Of a stretch of 64,000 bases of DNA, positions 62,238-64,000 are shown piece after piece. The notes under the pieces were generated by a model, which saw only the letters and a list, made by a program, of their open reading frames with translations, ran no database searches and had not been told where the DNA came from. Position 1 is the stretch's first letter, and each line of letters begins with the position of its first letter. The position numbers and the translations under genes were made by a program. The stretch is taken from the NCBI GenBank assembly GCA_963702845.1, contig OY969763.1:672001-736000 (forward strand). Reading direction: 5' to 3'. The stretch comes from an uncultured Verrucomicrobiae bacterium (GTDB lineage: Bacteria > Verrucomicrobiota > Verrucomicrobiia > Limisphaerales > Palsa-1400).

Positions 62238-63738
62238 ATGTCGCAGGGTTTACATTTATCGCAGAAAATGTCGCTGTCGCAGGTGCTCGCACCGCAACTG
62301 CAACAATCCCTCGCGCTGCTGCAAGCCCCGACCCTCGAACTCAAAGCGCTCGTTGAACAAGAACTTCAACAAAACCCGGTGCTCGAAGAAGTTTCCGCCG
62401 CTGAAATTGAGCAGAGCGATAAAATCCGCGACGACGGCGCGCCGGCTCACGACGCTTCAGATCCAGCCGAACCGCCGGCCGATACAAAATTTGATCCTGC
62501 GACCGAAAAGCCGCAGGAGGGACCGGTAGATGATTTTCAGGCCGAGTTCGAAAAGCTCACGCAGATGGACCAGGAATGGCGCGATCATTTTTCCGCCACC
62601 AACCTTCCGATGCGCCAGAGCCAGGAAGACCGAGGAGCGTCGCCAGTTCATGTTCGATTCGCTCGTCGCTGGAACATCGCTCCAGGAAAGCCTCTTGGAG
62701 CAAATGCGGTTCTCCGATTTGGACGAGGGCCACCGGTCGATTGCCGAAATGATCATCGGCAACATCGACGATTACGGTTATCTCAAAGCCAGCATCGACG
62801 AACTTTCGTTCTCAACAAACATTCCGGCGGACAAGATTTTGAACCGTCCTGAAAGTCATCCAGACTTTCCACCCGCCCGGAGTTGGTTGTCGTGATTTGC
62901 GCGAGTGCCTCATGTTGCAGCTGGAGCGCGCGGGCAAAGAAAAGACGCTCGAATACCGGATCATACGCGATTGCATGGAAGCGCTAACCAAGCGCAAGCT
63001 CCCCGAAATCGCACGCGCAGTCGGCGGCATGTTGACCAAGTGCAGGATGCCGTCGGCCGCATCGCGATGCTCGAACCACGTCCGGGCCGCGAATTCCTCC
63101 CTGACAACGACCGTTACATTTCGCCCGAAGTATTCGTCGTTAAGGTCGGCGAAGATTTTGTCGTCACCACGAATAACGAGCAAATTCCGCATCTCCGCAT
63201 CAGCAACACTTACAAAGATCTGATGTCGCAAGGCGATGCCACGAACGAAGTGCGCGATTATATCCGCGACAAAATTCGCGCCGGAAAATTTCTCATCAAA
63301 AGTTTGCAGCAACGCCAGCAAACCATCCTGAATATCGGCAACGAAATCGTGAAACGTCAGCGCGAGTTCATGGAAAAAGGCGTCGCGCATCTTAAGCCGA
63401 TGACGATGGTGCAGATTGCCGAAGTGGTCGGCGTTCACGAAACCACGGTCAGCCGCGCCGTTTCGAACAAATACATGCAAACGCCTCAAGGCGTGTTCGA
63501 AATGAAATATTTCTTCACGTCGGGCATCAAGACCGACAGCGGCGATGGCGTTTCCAACACCAGCGTTAAAGACATGGTGGCGGAAATGTTCAAGAGCGAA
63601 AACTCGGCAAAGCCTTTGTCCGATCAGGAAATCGTGAAGATGCTCAAAGAAAAAGGCATCGTCATCGCCCGCCGCACTGTCGCCAAATATCGCGACGAGT
63701 TGAATATCCTCCCGTCGAATCTTCGCAAGAAGTACTAG
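62238..63738 (+). CDS. rpoN: RNA polymerase sigma-54 factor; about 3 frameshifts (near 62632, 62845, 63030)
   Basis: LAPQLQQSLALLQ, NPVLE, IGNIDDYGYL, HETTVSRA and RpoN box ARRTVAKYR. Confidence 0.96.
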
Positions 63739-64000
63739 CCCTTCATCGCTGCTTTTGTCTTCGCCTGCAGTTCGGCGATCTCCGGCTTGCACCTCGTCTT
63801 TCGAATCGCGCGACATGCGGTCGATGAACAGGATTCCATTCAGATGATCGACTTCGTGTTGAATGGCCCGTGACAATAAGCCACCGGCGCGAAATTCGAT
63901 CATGTCGCCGTTCTCATTCATCGCCTTCACCTCGACGTGCGATGGGCGCGAAATGTCGGAGAAGATCTCCGGGAAACTCAGGCAGCCTTCGGGACCGGTC
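63735..64000 (-). CDS. def: Peptide deformylase, 3' part only; indel near 63790
   Basis: EGCLSFP and QHEVDHLNGILFIDRM. A shifted frame ends KPEIAELQAKTKAAMKG*. Confidence 0.92.

Noticed and set aside
62812..63930. 372-aa minus-strand ORF as an extended deformylase
   Set aside because: An indel near 63790 bypasses the def stop at 63735. The rest is the antisense shadow of rpoN.

Overview
Gene-dense, mid-to-high-GC bacterial chromosome segment. Its gene content points to Verrucomicrobiota, probably a Pedosphaera/Limisphaerales-like lineage (inference): H-X9-DG prepilin-like protein, PSD1/PSCyt cytochrome, DUF5069, and Thr-Asn-rich secreted proteins. Housekeeping genes (rpsU, eno, nadA, purF, panE, coaB-like, yajQ, rimO-pgsA-pgpA, radC-lpxA, rpoN, def) alternate with secreted carbohydrate-active and uncharacterised proteins. 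I found no tRNA, rRNA, CRISPR array, integrase or transposase. About a dozen genes, including conserved ones, are broken by 1-2 nt indels. These are most simply explained as long-read assembly errors, so I joined the frames by eye. The best candidate novel system is an operon at 40768-45799: two tandem secreted YHYH-domain paralogues followed by a fused MbnP(WxW)-MbnH(di-heme, MauG-type Tyr) gene, with no TonB receptor or methanobactin genes nearby. Other notable signals are a shared ~60-aa C-terminal 'W...Y...W...FYR' module on four secreted proteins from three unrelated families (possible sorting signal), many apparently leaderless sigma70 promoters, a complex 600-bp region upstream of purF, and several families of short dispersed repeats.
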